A program made the translations under genes and the position numbers. Positions 18,762-27,880 of a DNA stretch of 64,000 nt are shown here, piece after piece. Source of the DNA: Abditibacterium sp. (GTDB lineage Bacteria > Armatimonadota > Abditibacteriia > Abditibacteriales > Abditibacteriaceae). The stretch spans positions 3,392,001-3,456,000 of the forward strand of contig OZ251992.1 in the NCBI GenBank assembly GCA_965246885.1, written 5' to 3'. The notes under the pieces were generated by a model, which searched no databases, was not told where the DNA came from, and was given only the letters and a program-made list of their open reading frames with translations. How positions within the stretch are numbered: position 1 is the first letter of the stretch; each line of letters opens with the position of its first letter.

Positions 18762-20162
18762 TTAACCCCCGCGCCGCACCATCCACTGCGTCCTGCCGAA
18801 GCGGATGGTTTCACCGCCGCGCAACGCGACAGGGGTGTTGGCCGTCATCTTTTGCCCGTTGATAAAGGTGCCGTTGGTCGAGGCGAGGTCGGTGAGAGCA
18901 AGGCCGTCGGTCGTGCGCTCCAGTTTGGCGTGGCGGCTCGAAGTGCCGTCGTCCTTGAGTTGCCACGTGTTTCCCTCGGCGCGGCCAACGGTGGCGCTTC
19001 CCGTTTCGACGCCCAAGCGAAAGCCGGTGAGGGCGTTACCGATAGCCGGGGAGAACGTCCACACAAGCGGGGTGGGCGCGACGGGGACGGGGGAGGACGC
19101 GGCGGGAGCAGCGATGGGCGCGGTCTGTCCGGGAAATGTGGGCGTGGGAAGCGGGTCGCGCGCCGCCGACTTGGAGCGGTCGTTGAAGCGGAACGTGGTG
19201 GCGCCAATTTGCAAGCGGGAGCCGGGCGGCAGGGGCGCGCCCGTTTGCATTTGCCCGTTGATTAAGATGGGTTCGCCCTGCCAGAACCAACTGCCGCCTT
19301 GGAAGACAAGCGCGCCGACTTGGGGGGCGAGGGTTTCATCCCGGAAGAGGGACAAATCGCAACTGCCGCCGCGCCCGACAGTCAGGCGGGCTTTGCCGAG
19401 CGGGTACTCTTTGCCCTCGTAGGGGCCGGTGGAGATGCCAAGGAGCCACGCCGACTTGAGCGTTTCTTGCACTAAGCGCGTCGCGCCGCCCAAGAACGCG
19501 CCGAGCAAGACCACGCCCACCAAACGCGGCAGGAAGTCGGGTGCGCCTTTGCCAAGCGAAACCGCGATGAAGTTGAACAGCGTGCCACCGATGAAGCCGC
19601 CGATGCCACCACCCAAAGCGCCGCGCGATATTTGGCCTTGATCGCCGCGCAGGATGCCGATGGACGCGCCCACGCCCGCGCCAAACAGCGCCCAACCAAG
19701 TCCGCGAATCAAAGAAGCCATGACCAACACGCCGCCACTCATTTCGCCCCCGCCGCCACCGCCAACGGCCACGAACACCATGCCGACCGAATACAGCACT
19801 TGCGCCGCCGCGCCCGATACCAAGCCCAAAAAGAAGAACAAGGGGAGTCCCGGCCCCAAGTCGCGGAACCACTTCCCGCGCAGCGACGACAGGTTCTCCC
19901 ACGCGAGGAGCGCCACGCCCATGACCAAGCCAATCACCGCTACCCACGCGGACGACATCGCCAGCGTTTTCGTGACCATTTGCGATAGGGAGGTGAACTG
20001 GCGCGTTGGGTCTACCATGCCCATGATCGGCTCGCTGGCGCCAAAGCCCAGTAGCCCCGCGACGGCGCCCACCGCGACGGTTTTCCACAGCGCGGCGGAC
20101 GACAGCGCACTCGCCAAGGCCGACTTGGGCGCAGGGGCGGGGGAAGACGCCGGAGATTGCAT
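18762..20162 (-). CDS. multi-TM protein with two C-terminal FHA domains
   Basis: Gly-rich TM helices; TVGRAEGN...SSRHA...TDLASTNGTFING (canonical FHA) and a degenerate FHA at TVGRGGSCDL. Confidence 0.85.
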   Translation of the reverse strand: MQSPASSPAPAPKSALASALSSAALWKTVAVGAVAGLLGFGASEPIMGMVDPTRQFTSLSQMVTKTLAMSSAWVAVIGLVMGVALLAWENLSSLRGKWFRDLGPGLPLFFFLGLVSGAAAQVLYSVGMVFVAVGGGGGGEMSGGVLVMASLIRGLGWALFGAGVGASIGILRGDQGQISRGALGGGIGGFIGGTLFNFIAVSLGKGAPDFLPRLVGVVLLGAFLGGATRLVQETLKSAWLLGISTGPYEGKEYPLGKARLTVGRGGSCDLSLFRDETLAPQVGALVFQGGSWFWQGEPILINGQMQTGAPLPPGSRLQIGATTFRFNDRSKSAARDPLPTPTFPGQTAPIAAPAASSPVPVAPTPLVWTFSPAIGNALTGFRLGVETGSATVGRAEGNTWQLKDDGTSSRHAKLERTTDGLALTDLASTNGTFINGQKMTANTPVALRGGETIRFGRTQWMVRRGG

Positions 20163-20190
20163 GGCCAAAGTGTGACCGCGTGCGGCGCCC

Positions 20191-21591
20191 TTGTCCGAGG
20201 AGGGCACGCTCGCGCTCGCGCGGCGTCCAATCAGGGCTTTGCTCGCCCCGTTCCTGTTCCCCGACACCGCGCGCTTTGTGCCCGTTCCGCCGCAGTTCGC
20301 GCACATGGTGGCGCCCGCCGAGGTGGGGCTGTTCGAGTGGACGGACTATCACTTCCACTTTCCCGGCGCGCATGCGCTTCGCGTGGACGGTGCGACGGTT
20401 CAAAAGCTGGCGCCGCACGTGTGGCGGGTGCGTTGGGAGAACCGCGCAGGGGCGGCGCGGGTGGTGCCGGATGCGGGTGAAGCGCTCGCAGTCGAGGTGC
20501 TGTCACCCAAGTTCCCGACGTTTGCCGCGCACATCGGCTTTTTCGCGGCGCTCTGGCGCGAGTTGGCGGCGCGCTTTCCACCGCTTCTTTGGCAAGCGGG
20601 TGGCGGAACGATGCGCGGCGCTCTGGTGGCGCGCGGGCAACCGTCGCCGGAAGAGGTGCTCGATTGGCTGCAGATGTGGGGCGAGGAGATGGAAGCGGTC
20701 GGGCGCGCGTTGGAGCGGCAGCCCTCTTTGTCGTTGCGGCGCGAAGAGGTCGAGGCGCCCGTCGAACAGGCGCGGCGCATTGAGGGCGGGCAGCTAAGCG
20801 CGATGCTGAGCGGTTCATGGGAGCGGAGCGGGAGTCGCGCGCTTCCCCGGCGCGTGTTGCAAGAGCGTTGGCACGACTCGCCCTCCCCTTTGCTCATGCG
20901 CTTTGGCGATTTGGCGGCGCGCGTGGTGCAAGGAGTGGGGCCGCTTCCCGAAGGCGCGACGTGGCGCAAACGGTTGGGAGCATGGGGCAAGCCTTGCGCG
21001 ACGTTGCCGCCCCTTCTGGCGCGCGACCCGCTCGCGGTGCGCGTGCTGGCGCTGGAAGCCGCGTATGGCGTGGCGCAAACGCCGGTGTGGGGGCCAATCG
21101 AACGCGCCGCGCGCTTGCGGGATGTAGCGACGCTGTGGGAGTGGTGGGTGCTATTAGCGCTCGTCCGCGAGTTGGAAGCCGCAACCGGGGAGCGCGCCGA
21201 TTGGGGCGGGGCCTTCGATGTGCAACTGGGTTTGCGCGCGCCCGCTCTCCTTGGGTTCGGCGCCCGCTCGCTGCTTTATAATGGCGCGACGCCCTCGTAT
21301 TCGACGCCGCTTCGTCCCGACTTCGTGCTCCGCGATGGGGCGGGGCGCCCCGTTGCGGCGTTGGATGCCAAGTTCCGCGTGTCGGTCGAGCGCGGGAGCG
21401 TGGTGGGCGATGACCTGCACAAGATGCACGCTTACCGCGATGCGCTCGGCGTGCGGGTGGCGGTTGCGCTTCATCCCGGCGAGAGGAGCGTTTTCTACGA
21501 CCAAGCGCGCGGCCCGCTCGCCGTGTGGAACTTGCGCGCGGCGCTGGGCGGCGCGCTGTCGGGCGTGGGCGCGTGGGGGTTAAGGCCGTAA
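20191..21591 (+). CDS. DUF2357/McrC-like PD-(D/E)xK nuclease
   Basis: VEVLSPK, DVATLWEWW, SYSTPLRPDF, LDAKFR, DLHKMHAYRDAL; start uncertain. Confidence 0.85.
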   Translation: MSEEGTLALARRPIRALLAPFLFPDTARFVPVPPQFAHMVAPAEVGLFEWTDYHFHFPGAHALRVDGATVQKLAPHVWRVRWENRAGAARVVPDAGEALAVEVLSPKFPTFAAHIGFFAALWRELAARFPPLLWQAGGGTMRGALVARGQPSPEEVLDWLQMWGEEMEAVGRALERQPSLSLRREEVEAPVEQARRIEGGQLSAMLSGSWERSGSRALPRRVLQERWHDSPSPLLMRFGDLAARVVQGVGPLPEGATWRKRLGAWGKPCATLPPLLARDPLAVRVLALEAAYGVAQTPVWGPIERAARLRDVATLWEWWVLLALVRELEAATGERADWGGAFDVQLGLRAPALLGFGARSLLYNGATPSYSTPLRPDFVLRDGAGRPVAALDAKFRVSVERGSVVGDDLHKMHAYRDALGVRVAVALHPGERSVFYDQARGPLAVWNLRAALGGALSGVGAWGLRP

Positions 21592-21639
21592 GCGGCGGAC
21601 GCCTTTGCGAGACCCCGCCCTGATGCCCACACTGAACCC

Positions 21640-23607
21640 ATGACATCCAAACGCCGATTCGACCGCTCCTCGCCTGACGTGGCGCGGTTCATCGTGAAAA
21701 GGCTCGTCCCGCAGCCCAAGGCGCGCCGCTTCGCGCTCCATATTCTGCGCGAGGCGCTCCTGCTTGCGCAGGCGACGGACGCCGCATCGTGGGGCGCGAC
21801 GCTACTTCCCAACCGCGTGCGTTTGAACGTCAATCGCGGCGAACTGTGGGCGCTTTCGGAGGGGCAGTTGGAGTTCTTGGCGCTGGGCCAGCCCTCCGAA
21901 ACAACGGCCCAAGTCGAAGCGGGGGCGCGGCGCTCCCTGCCCGAAGCGGTGCGCGTGACGCTCCCTGTCGAAGCCTTGGAGCGCGAGTGGCCGGGGTGGA
22001 AGCCGCACTTCGAGGCGGCTCTGGAGCGGAGCGCGAGCGAGTTCGCGGGGCAGAACTTCCAGCGTCCAGCGTGGCGAAGCGGCCATTCGGCGGGCCTTAT
22101 TACGCTTCTACGGGAGGAGTTCGGCGACGCGCCGACGCCCTCGTATGCCGAGGAAACTTCGGCACTTGAAGCTCCAAACGAACCCGTCGCGCGCGCGCCC
22201 AAGCGCAGGGCGGGTGCACTTGAAACGCTGCGGGCGGGCGTGGCGCGGGCGGGGTTGGCGTTGGAGGACGGCCACCTCGCGGCGTTTTTTACGGCATTGC
22301 AAACCAAGGGTTTCGTCGTGCTGAGTGGGCCGAGCGGCACGGGCAAGAGCCGCCTCGCGTTGGAGTTCGCGGCGCTGTTGCCCCAAGGCGCGGCCCCGGC
22401 GGGCGCGCGGCTGTTGGCCCCTTCGCGCGCGACGTTGGCGGGAGGGCGCTTGCCGCTTCCATCGGCGCTGGCGGAGGACATCGTGCGTTTGTCGCGCCCG
22501 TTTCGCGCTGGCGAGAAGCGCGAGATCGCGCTCGACTGCGACGGCGCGGCCCTGCCCGCATCGCTGGGACGCGAGGGGGCATCTCTCGTGGTGCGCGTCA
22601 AAGGCGCGGCGCGGGCGTGCATGGAGTCGAGCTTCACGGCGGGGCCATCCGAAGGCGAGATAGAGTTGGACGAAGGGCGCTTGGCGCTCCGCTTGCTGCC
22701 GGTCGCGGCGGCGCGCGGCGAAGCGAACCACCTGTTCCTATCGGTGCGGGCCGACTGGCGCGATTCGTCGGCGCTCTTGGGGCACTTCAATCCCATCCTC
22801 AACCGTTACGAGTGGACGCCCCTGCTGCGCTTCTTGCTCCGCGCCCAAAGCGCGTGGAAAGCCGGGTCGCCCGCGCCGTTTTTCGTCATTCTCGACGAGA
22901 TGAACCTCGCGCGCACCGAAGCCTACTTCGCGGACTTCCTGTCCGTTCTGGAAGCGGGCCGGAGCGAGTCGGGCGCGTCGCGCGAGCCAATCCGCCTCGC
23001 CTTCGACCCGCGCGCAACCGGGGAGTTGCCGCCCGCCGAACTCTTCTTGCCGCCCAACCTCTTCTTCATCGGCACGCTCAACGACGACGAAACCGCGCAC
23101 CCGCTCGCGCCCAAAGTCTTAGACAGGGCGTGGCCGCTCGAATCGCCGCCCGTTGACTTCGAGGGTTACGACCCCGCCCGCGCGGGAGATGCCGCCCCGC
23201 CCGACGCGCCTGTTCTGGCCGAACTCCTCGCGCGCGGTGGGCAATTCGCGGGTTTCGACAAGGCTCTCGTCGCCGAGGAACTGCGCCGCGAACCAGCATG
23301 GCGGGCCGATTTGGTGGCCCTCCACACCGCGTTGTCGGAGTGGGAGCGCGGCTTTGGCTTTCGCGCCTTCGACGAGATCGTCGCCTTCGTTGCCATCGCC
23401 CGCGACAACGGCATGTGGCCGAGCGCGCGCGACGCCTTCGATGCCGCCGTAGCCGCCAAGATTGCGCCCCGCTTGCGCGGCTCCGGCGCGGGTGTCGAAG
23501 GTGCGCTTTCCGCCCTCGAAGCGTGGGCGGGCGAGCGCCACTTCCCCCGCACCGCCCGTGCCGCGCAACGGAAGCGGGGGCATTTGGAGCGGGAGGGGTG
23601 GGTGTGA
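21640..23607 (+). CDS. McrB-like AAA+ NTPase
   Basis: Walker A GPSGTGKS, VRADWRD, ILDEMNLAR, YFADFLS, GTLNDDET, PKVLDRA. Confidence 0.9.
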   Translation: MTSKRRFDRSSPDVARFIVKRLVPQPKARRFALHILREALLLAQATDAASWGATLLPNRVRLNVNRGELWALSEGQLEFLALGQPSETTAQVEAGARRSLPEAVRVTLPVEALEREWPGWKPHFEAALERSASEFAGQNFQRPAWRSGHSAGLITLLREEFGDAPTPSYAEETSALEAPNEPVARAPKRRAGALETLRAGVARAGLALEDGHLAAFFTALQTKGFVVLSGPSGTGKSRLALEFAALLPQGAAPAGARLLAPSRATLAGGRLPLPSALAEDIVRLSRPFRAGEKREIALDCDGAALPASLGREGASLVVRVKGAARACMESSFTAGPSEGEIELDEGRLALRLLPVAAARGEANHLFLSVRADWRDSSALLGHFNPILNRYEWTPLLRFLLRAQSAWKAGSPAPFFVILDEMNLARTEAYFADFLSVLEAGRSESGASREPIRLAFDPRATGELPPAELFLPPNLFFIGTLNDDETAHPLAPKVLDRAWPLESPPVDFEGYDPARAGDAAPPDAPVLAELLARGGQFAGFDKALVAEELRREPAWRADLVALHTALSEWERGFGFRAFDEIVAFVAIARDNGMWPSARDAFDAAVAAKIAPRLRGSGAGVEGALSALEAWAGERHFPRTARAAQRKRGHLEREGWV

Positions 23608-23611
23608 ACTT

Positions 23612-23655
23612 GGGGGACATGCATAGAAAAAAACCTTTTCTATGTATGTGCCCCC
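23612..23655. terminator. hairpin between convergent McrB-like and fic genes
   Basis: gggggacatgcatagaaaa-aaacc-ttttctatgtatgtgccccc. Confidence 0.6.
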
Positions 23656-23690
23656 CTCCCCGTCCAAAAAAGCGATTTATTTATGCATAT

Positions 23691-24785
23691 TTAATCGGCG
23701 TCCTCACGCCCGCCGACGTTCCTCAACAGAGTAAACAAGGCACGATTGAGATAAAAATTCTCGCGTCCCACGCGGGCTTTGTTGAGGACGCCTATGCGAA
23801 CCAACTCGTCGAGATATTTGGTGGCCGTGACGCGCGACACCCCCAGTTCGTCGCGCGTGAACTCGATCTTGGTGTAGGGGTGGCGGAACAGATTGTTGAT
23901 CAAGTCTTGGCTGTAGATTTTGGGGAGTTCCTCCCGGATTTTGTGTTTGCCATTTTGCATGAGCGCCGCTATGTCGCGCACGAGCGTCGTTGTGGCGTGC
24001 GAGGTCTGCTCGACGCCTTCTAACATCCACAATACCCATTCTTCCCACGCGGCCTCGGCGCGCACTTTCTGAAGGAGGCGGTAATAATCCCGCCTGTTGC
24101 CGTTGATGTAGCGCGACAAATACAGCACCGGACTGCGGAGCAACCCCGCCTTGACGAGGTATAGGATGTTGATGATACGTCCGGTGCGCCCGTTGCCATC
24201 GTAGAACGGATGGATGCTCTCGAACTGGTGGTGGATGAGCGCCATCTTGACCAAAGGATCGAGGTCGCTTAGTTCATCCTCGTTGATGAATCGCTCCAAA
24301 TTGCCCATCAGCGACACGATGTCGTCGGGGTGTTGCGGCGGAGTGGAAACCGTTTCGCCCGTGCGCTCGTTGCGCAGCTCGGTTCCAGGCAACCGGCGAA
24401 AACCGGCGGCGTTTTCTTCGATGCACGCTTGCATCTGTAAAATATCGCTATTGAGCAACAACCCACTCACGCTCACGCGCTCGAAGCCTTCGCGGAGCGC
24501 TGTCGCGTAAAGATGTACTTCCTTGGCCGCCGAGGTGACGAATTGGCGGGCGGCGAAGTCGCTGCGATACAAATCATCGTGCGTGGTGATGATGTTTTCG
24601 ATGGCCGACGAATCTTTGGCTTCTTGGAGAGCGAGGGTGTTGAGCAAAATCTCGCTATTGGGGATGGACGCAACGACGCCCTTGAGTTCGGCGAGAGCGC
24701 TGTGGGCGCGAGCCAGTTTTCTGAACACAGCGCGCGTTTCGATGGCGTCCTCGCGTTCGAGGGGCAACAAGGGCAAATCGGGCAT
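23691..24785 (-). CDS. Fic family protein with N-terminal inhibitory helix and C-terminal HTH
   Basis: HPFYDGNGRTGR catalytic motif; SSAIEN inhibitory motif. Confidence 0.93.
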   Translation of the reverse strand: MPDLPLLPLEREDAIETRAVFRKLARAHSALAELKGVVASIPNSEILLNTLALQEAKDSSAIENIITTHDDLYRSDFAARQFVTSAAKEVHLYATALREGFERVSVSGLLLNSDILQMQACIEENAAGFRRLPGTELRNERTGETVSTPPQHPDDIVSLMGNLERFINEDELSDLDPLVKMALIHHQFESIHPFYDGNGRTGRIINILYLVKAGLLRSPVLYLSRYINGNRRDYYRLLQKVRAEAAWEEWVLWMLEGVEQTSHATTTLVRDIAALMQNGKHKIREELPKIYSQDLINNLFRHPYTKIEFTRDELGVSRVTATKYLDELVRIGVLNKARVGRENFYLNRALFTLLRNVGGREDAD

Positions 24786-24845
24786 CTTCCCAGTAAAACC
24801 ATTCGCGCCCGCGTTGGCCCCCGATTCGCCACACCATCCGCCGCT

Positions 24846-25214
24846 ATGCTCCGACCAGAAAACACCCACCCCGGCGACCAAGACGCGAACCTGCGCGACG
24901 CCGACTTGCTCGAAACCACCGAAGCCGGGGGCTTGGGGCGCATGTCCGACTCGCCTTCGAGTGCCGCCGACGCGGGGCTGACCGACGCCCTGCCCGACTT
25001 CGATTCGGACATTGACTCCGACTTTAGCGATGGGGACGAAGCCCGCGAGATTACCATGACTGACGCGCTCGCAGGGAGCGACCGCTCCGAACTCCATTCG
25101 CCCGAAATGTCCGACATGATCGCGCCGGGCGAAGTGGACATCGAGGAATTGGACGACTTCACCATCGAAGAGGCGCTCCCGCCCGACGCGCGGCTCGACC
25201 CGCTCGAACCGTAA
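24846..25214 (+). CDS. very acidic hypothetical protein
   Basis: D/E-rich 122-aa ORF filling the gap between fic and nadE. Confidence 0.6.
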   Translation: MLRPENTHPGDQDANLRDADLLETTEAGGLGRMSDSPSSAADAGLTDALPDFDSDIDSDFSDGDEAREITMTDALAGSDRSELHSPEMSDMIAPGEVDIEELDDFTIEEALPPDARLDPLEP

Positions 25215-25253
25215 GAGCGTGCCGCCGCGCCCCGCTCTGCCTACACTCGCCCC

Positions 25254-27320
25254 ATGTCGCAACTCCCCTTTTGGAACCTCTACCGGCACGGCTTCGCGCG
25301 GGTGGGCGTCGCCGTCCCGCATGTGCGCGTCGCTGACCCGACGTTCAACGCCGAGCGCACGGTGGCGATGGCGCGGCGCGCGGCAGAGCAGGGCGCGGCC
25401 CTCGTGCTTTTCCCGGAGCTTGGCATTTCCGCCTACTCGTGCGAGGACTTGTTTGCGCAGGACGCGTTGCTTGATGCCGTCGAAGCGGCGGTCGCTTCCG
25501 TCTGCGAACAAACGCGCGAACTGGATTGCTTGCTGCTCGTCGGCGCACCCGTGCGCGTCCAAAACCGCCTGTTTAACGGCGCCTTTGCGCTGCATAAAGG
25601 GCGCATTTTGGGCGTCATCCCAAAGTCGTATCTGCCCAACTACCGCGAGTTCTACGAGAAGCGTCAGTTCGCCGACGCTTCCGCCGTCCAAACGCCGCAC
25701 ATCCACTTCGCGGGACAACGCCACATCCCCTTTGGCACGGACTTGTTATTCGCGGCGCAAGGGCACGACGACTTTCAGATCGGCGTTGAAATCTGCGAGG
25801 ACGTGTGGACGCCGCTTGCGCCCTCGACCTTCGCCGCCCTTGCGGGCGCGACGGTGCTTTGCAACCTGAGCGCGTCCAACATCACCATCGGCAAGGCGCA
25901 GTATCGCCACAACCTGTGCGCCAACCAATCGGGCAAGACCGTGTCGGCCTACCTTTACAGCGCGGCGGGGCCGGGCGAATCCACCACCGACCTCGCGTGG
26001 GACGGGCACGCGATGATCTACGAAAACGCCGAACTGCTCGTCGAATCGCCGCGCTTTTCTTCGGAAGAGGAACTCATCCTCGCCGACATAGACCTCGAAC
26101 GCTTGGTGCAAGAACGCGCGCGCTTGTCGTCGTTCACCGATACCGTCGCGCGCTGGAAGGGCAGCCTCGACTTCCGCCGCATCGAGTTCGAGTGGGCGCC
26201 CCCCGCAGGTGAACTGCGACTCGAACACCGGGTCGTCGAGCGCTTCCCCTTCGTGCCCAACGACCCGCGCGTGCGCGACGAACGTTGCTTTGAGGCCTAC
26301 AACATCCAAGTTCACGGCCTCTTGAAGCGGCTTCAATCCATCCGGGGCGAGAAAATCGTCATCGGCGTGTCGGGCGGACTCGATTCGACGCACGCCCTCA
26401 TCGTCGCCGCCAAAACGATGGACAAGCTCGGCCTGCCGCGCCACAACATCCTCGGCTATACCCTCCCCGGCTTCGCCACCTCAGACAAGACCCTCGAAAA
26501 CGCGTGGGCGCTGATGAACGCGCTCGGCATCGAAGGCCGCGAAATAGACATCAAGCCCAGTTGCTTGCAAATGCTGCGCGACCTCGGCCACCCCTTCGCC
26601 GACGGCACCCCGCAATACGACATCACCTTCGAGAACGTGCAAGCGGGCGAGCGCACATCTCACCTCTTCCGCCTCGCCAACTTCCAAAACGCCATCGTGC
26701 TGGGCACCGGCGACCTATCGGAAATGGCGCTCGGCTGGTGCACCTACGGCGTCGGCGACCACATGAGCCACTACAACGTCAACGGCTCTGTTCCCAAGAC
26801 GCTTATTCAGCACCTCATCCGCTACGTCATCGAGACCGCCCAGTTCGACGCCCCAACGAGCGCCACCCTTGCCGCCATCCTCGATACGGAAATCTCGCCC
26901 GAACTCGTGCCCTCTGATACTGGCTCCAAGGACGCGCCCACCCAGTCCACGCAAGAGAAAATCGGCCCCTACGAACTGCAAGACTTCCACTTGTATTACC
27001 TCACCCGCTACGGTTTCCGCCCTTCCAAAATCGCCTTTCTCTGCCATACCGCATGGAGTGACACGACCAAAGGCGCGTGGCCCGCAGGCTTCGGAAGCGC
27101 CAAGCGAAACGCCTACACCATCGGCGAAATCAAGCGCTGGCTGGACGTATTCTGCTTCCGCTTCTTCCAACTCTCGCAGTTCAAAAGGAGTTGCGTCCCC
27201 AACGGCCCCAAAGTCGGGAGCGGTGGCAGCCTCAGTCCGCGCGGCGACTGGCGCGCCCCCTCCGACGGCGAAAGCGCGCCTTGGCTGGAAGAGTTGCGGT
27301 CAAACGTGCCGGAAGGATAA
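25254..27320 (+). CDS. nadE: glutamine-dependent NAD+ synthetase
   Basis: Nitrilase domain ([20 protein letters not shown]) plus synthetase SGGLDST and TGDLSE. Confidence 0.97.
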   Translation: MSQLPFWNLYRHGFARVGVAVPHVRVADPTFNAERTVAMARRAAEQGAALVLFPELGISAYSCEDLFAQDALLDAVEAAVASVCEQTRELDCLLLVGAPVRVQNRLFNGAFALHKGRILGVIPKSYLPNYREFYEKRQFADASAVQTPHIHFAGQRHIPFGTDLLFAAQGHDDFQIGVEICEDVWTPLAPSTFAALAGATVLCNLSASNITIGKAQYRHNLCANQSGKTVSAYLYSAAGPGESTTDLAWDGHAMIYENAELLVESPRFSSEEELILADIDLERLVQERARLSSFTDTVARWKGSLDFRRIEFEWAPPAGELRLEHRVVERFPFVPNDPRVRDERCFEAYNIQVHGLLKRLQSIRGEKIVIGVSGGLDSTHALIVAAKTMDKLGLPRHNILGYTLPGFATSDKTLENAWALMNALGIEGREIDIKPSCLQMLRDLGHPFADGTPQYDITFENVQAGERTSHLFRLANFQNAIVLGTGDLSEMALGWCTYGVGDHMSHYNVNGSVPKTLIQHLIRYVIETAQFDAPTSATLAAILDTEISPELVPSDTGSKDAPTQSTQEKIGPYELQDFHLYYLTRYGFRPSKIAFLCHTAWSDTTKGAWPAGFGSAKRNAYTIGEIKRWLDVFCFRFFQLSQFKRSCVPNGPKVGSGGSLSPRGDWRAPSDGESAPWLEELRSNVPEG

Positions 27321-27322
27321 AG

Positions 27323-27880
27323 TTAGTCCGCCCCAATCAACATCGCCTGACCCTCTTGCGCCGCAACTATAAAGAACGCGCGGAGATTCTCGTAGTCGCG
27401 GTTAATGCCGTAATCTTCAATCCCGTCATCGTTCCACCTCTCGTTCGCGGGATAAATCTGCGCTTCTCGGAACGCTTTGGCGTCATAACGGGCGGCCACG
27501 ACTTCAACGGGGAGCGGCTCCAAAGCGCGGGCGACTTCGGCAACTTCGGCGGGCGTCAGATAAAACGCGACGCCATAAGTCGTTTCGATGTCGGTCGGCG
27601 TGCCACCCATCACCACGTTTTTGAGCGGGGCGGGCACTTGACTTCCGCCTTGAAAGCAGAACTCGCCCGTCAGCAGGAAGTGAATGGACTGCCACGAGTT
27701 GGTGATGTCGAGGTAGCGCCCGCTCTCTTCCAATACTCTGAGCGAGACTGCGTAGGCGTCGTAATCGTCCATTCCGGCGCTGGTCTCGCCGAACCACTTT
27801 TCGAGCAGGTCGGCGGAGCCAGCCAGCAGGCCGTCCAACTCGGCGGACGACACGCGGCGATAGGATTGATTGATGCTCAT
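27323..27880 (-). CDS. YfbM/DUF1877 family protein
   Basis: LDITNSWQSIHFLLTG, YLTPAEVAEVARAL, LRAFFIVAA. Confidence 0.85.
   Translation of the reverse strand: MSINQSYRRVSSAELDGLLAGSADLLEKWFGETSAGMDDYDAYAVSLRVLEESGRYLDITNSWQSIHFLLTGEFCFQGGSQVPAPLKNVVMGGTPTDIETTYGVAFYLTPAEVAEVARALEPLPVEVVAARYDAKAFREAQIYPANERWNDDGIEDYGINRDYENLRAFFIVAAQEGQAMLIGAD

Noticed and set aside
23691..25724. 677-aa Fic fusion
   Set aside because: The extension is antisense to nadE and the acidic ORF; Fic similarity starts at MPDLPLL (24785)
25254..27320. nadE as part of a defence or anti-defence NAD system
   Set aside because: Ordinary housekeeping glutamine-dependent NadE with host-like codon usage; adjacency alone is not evidence
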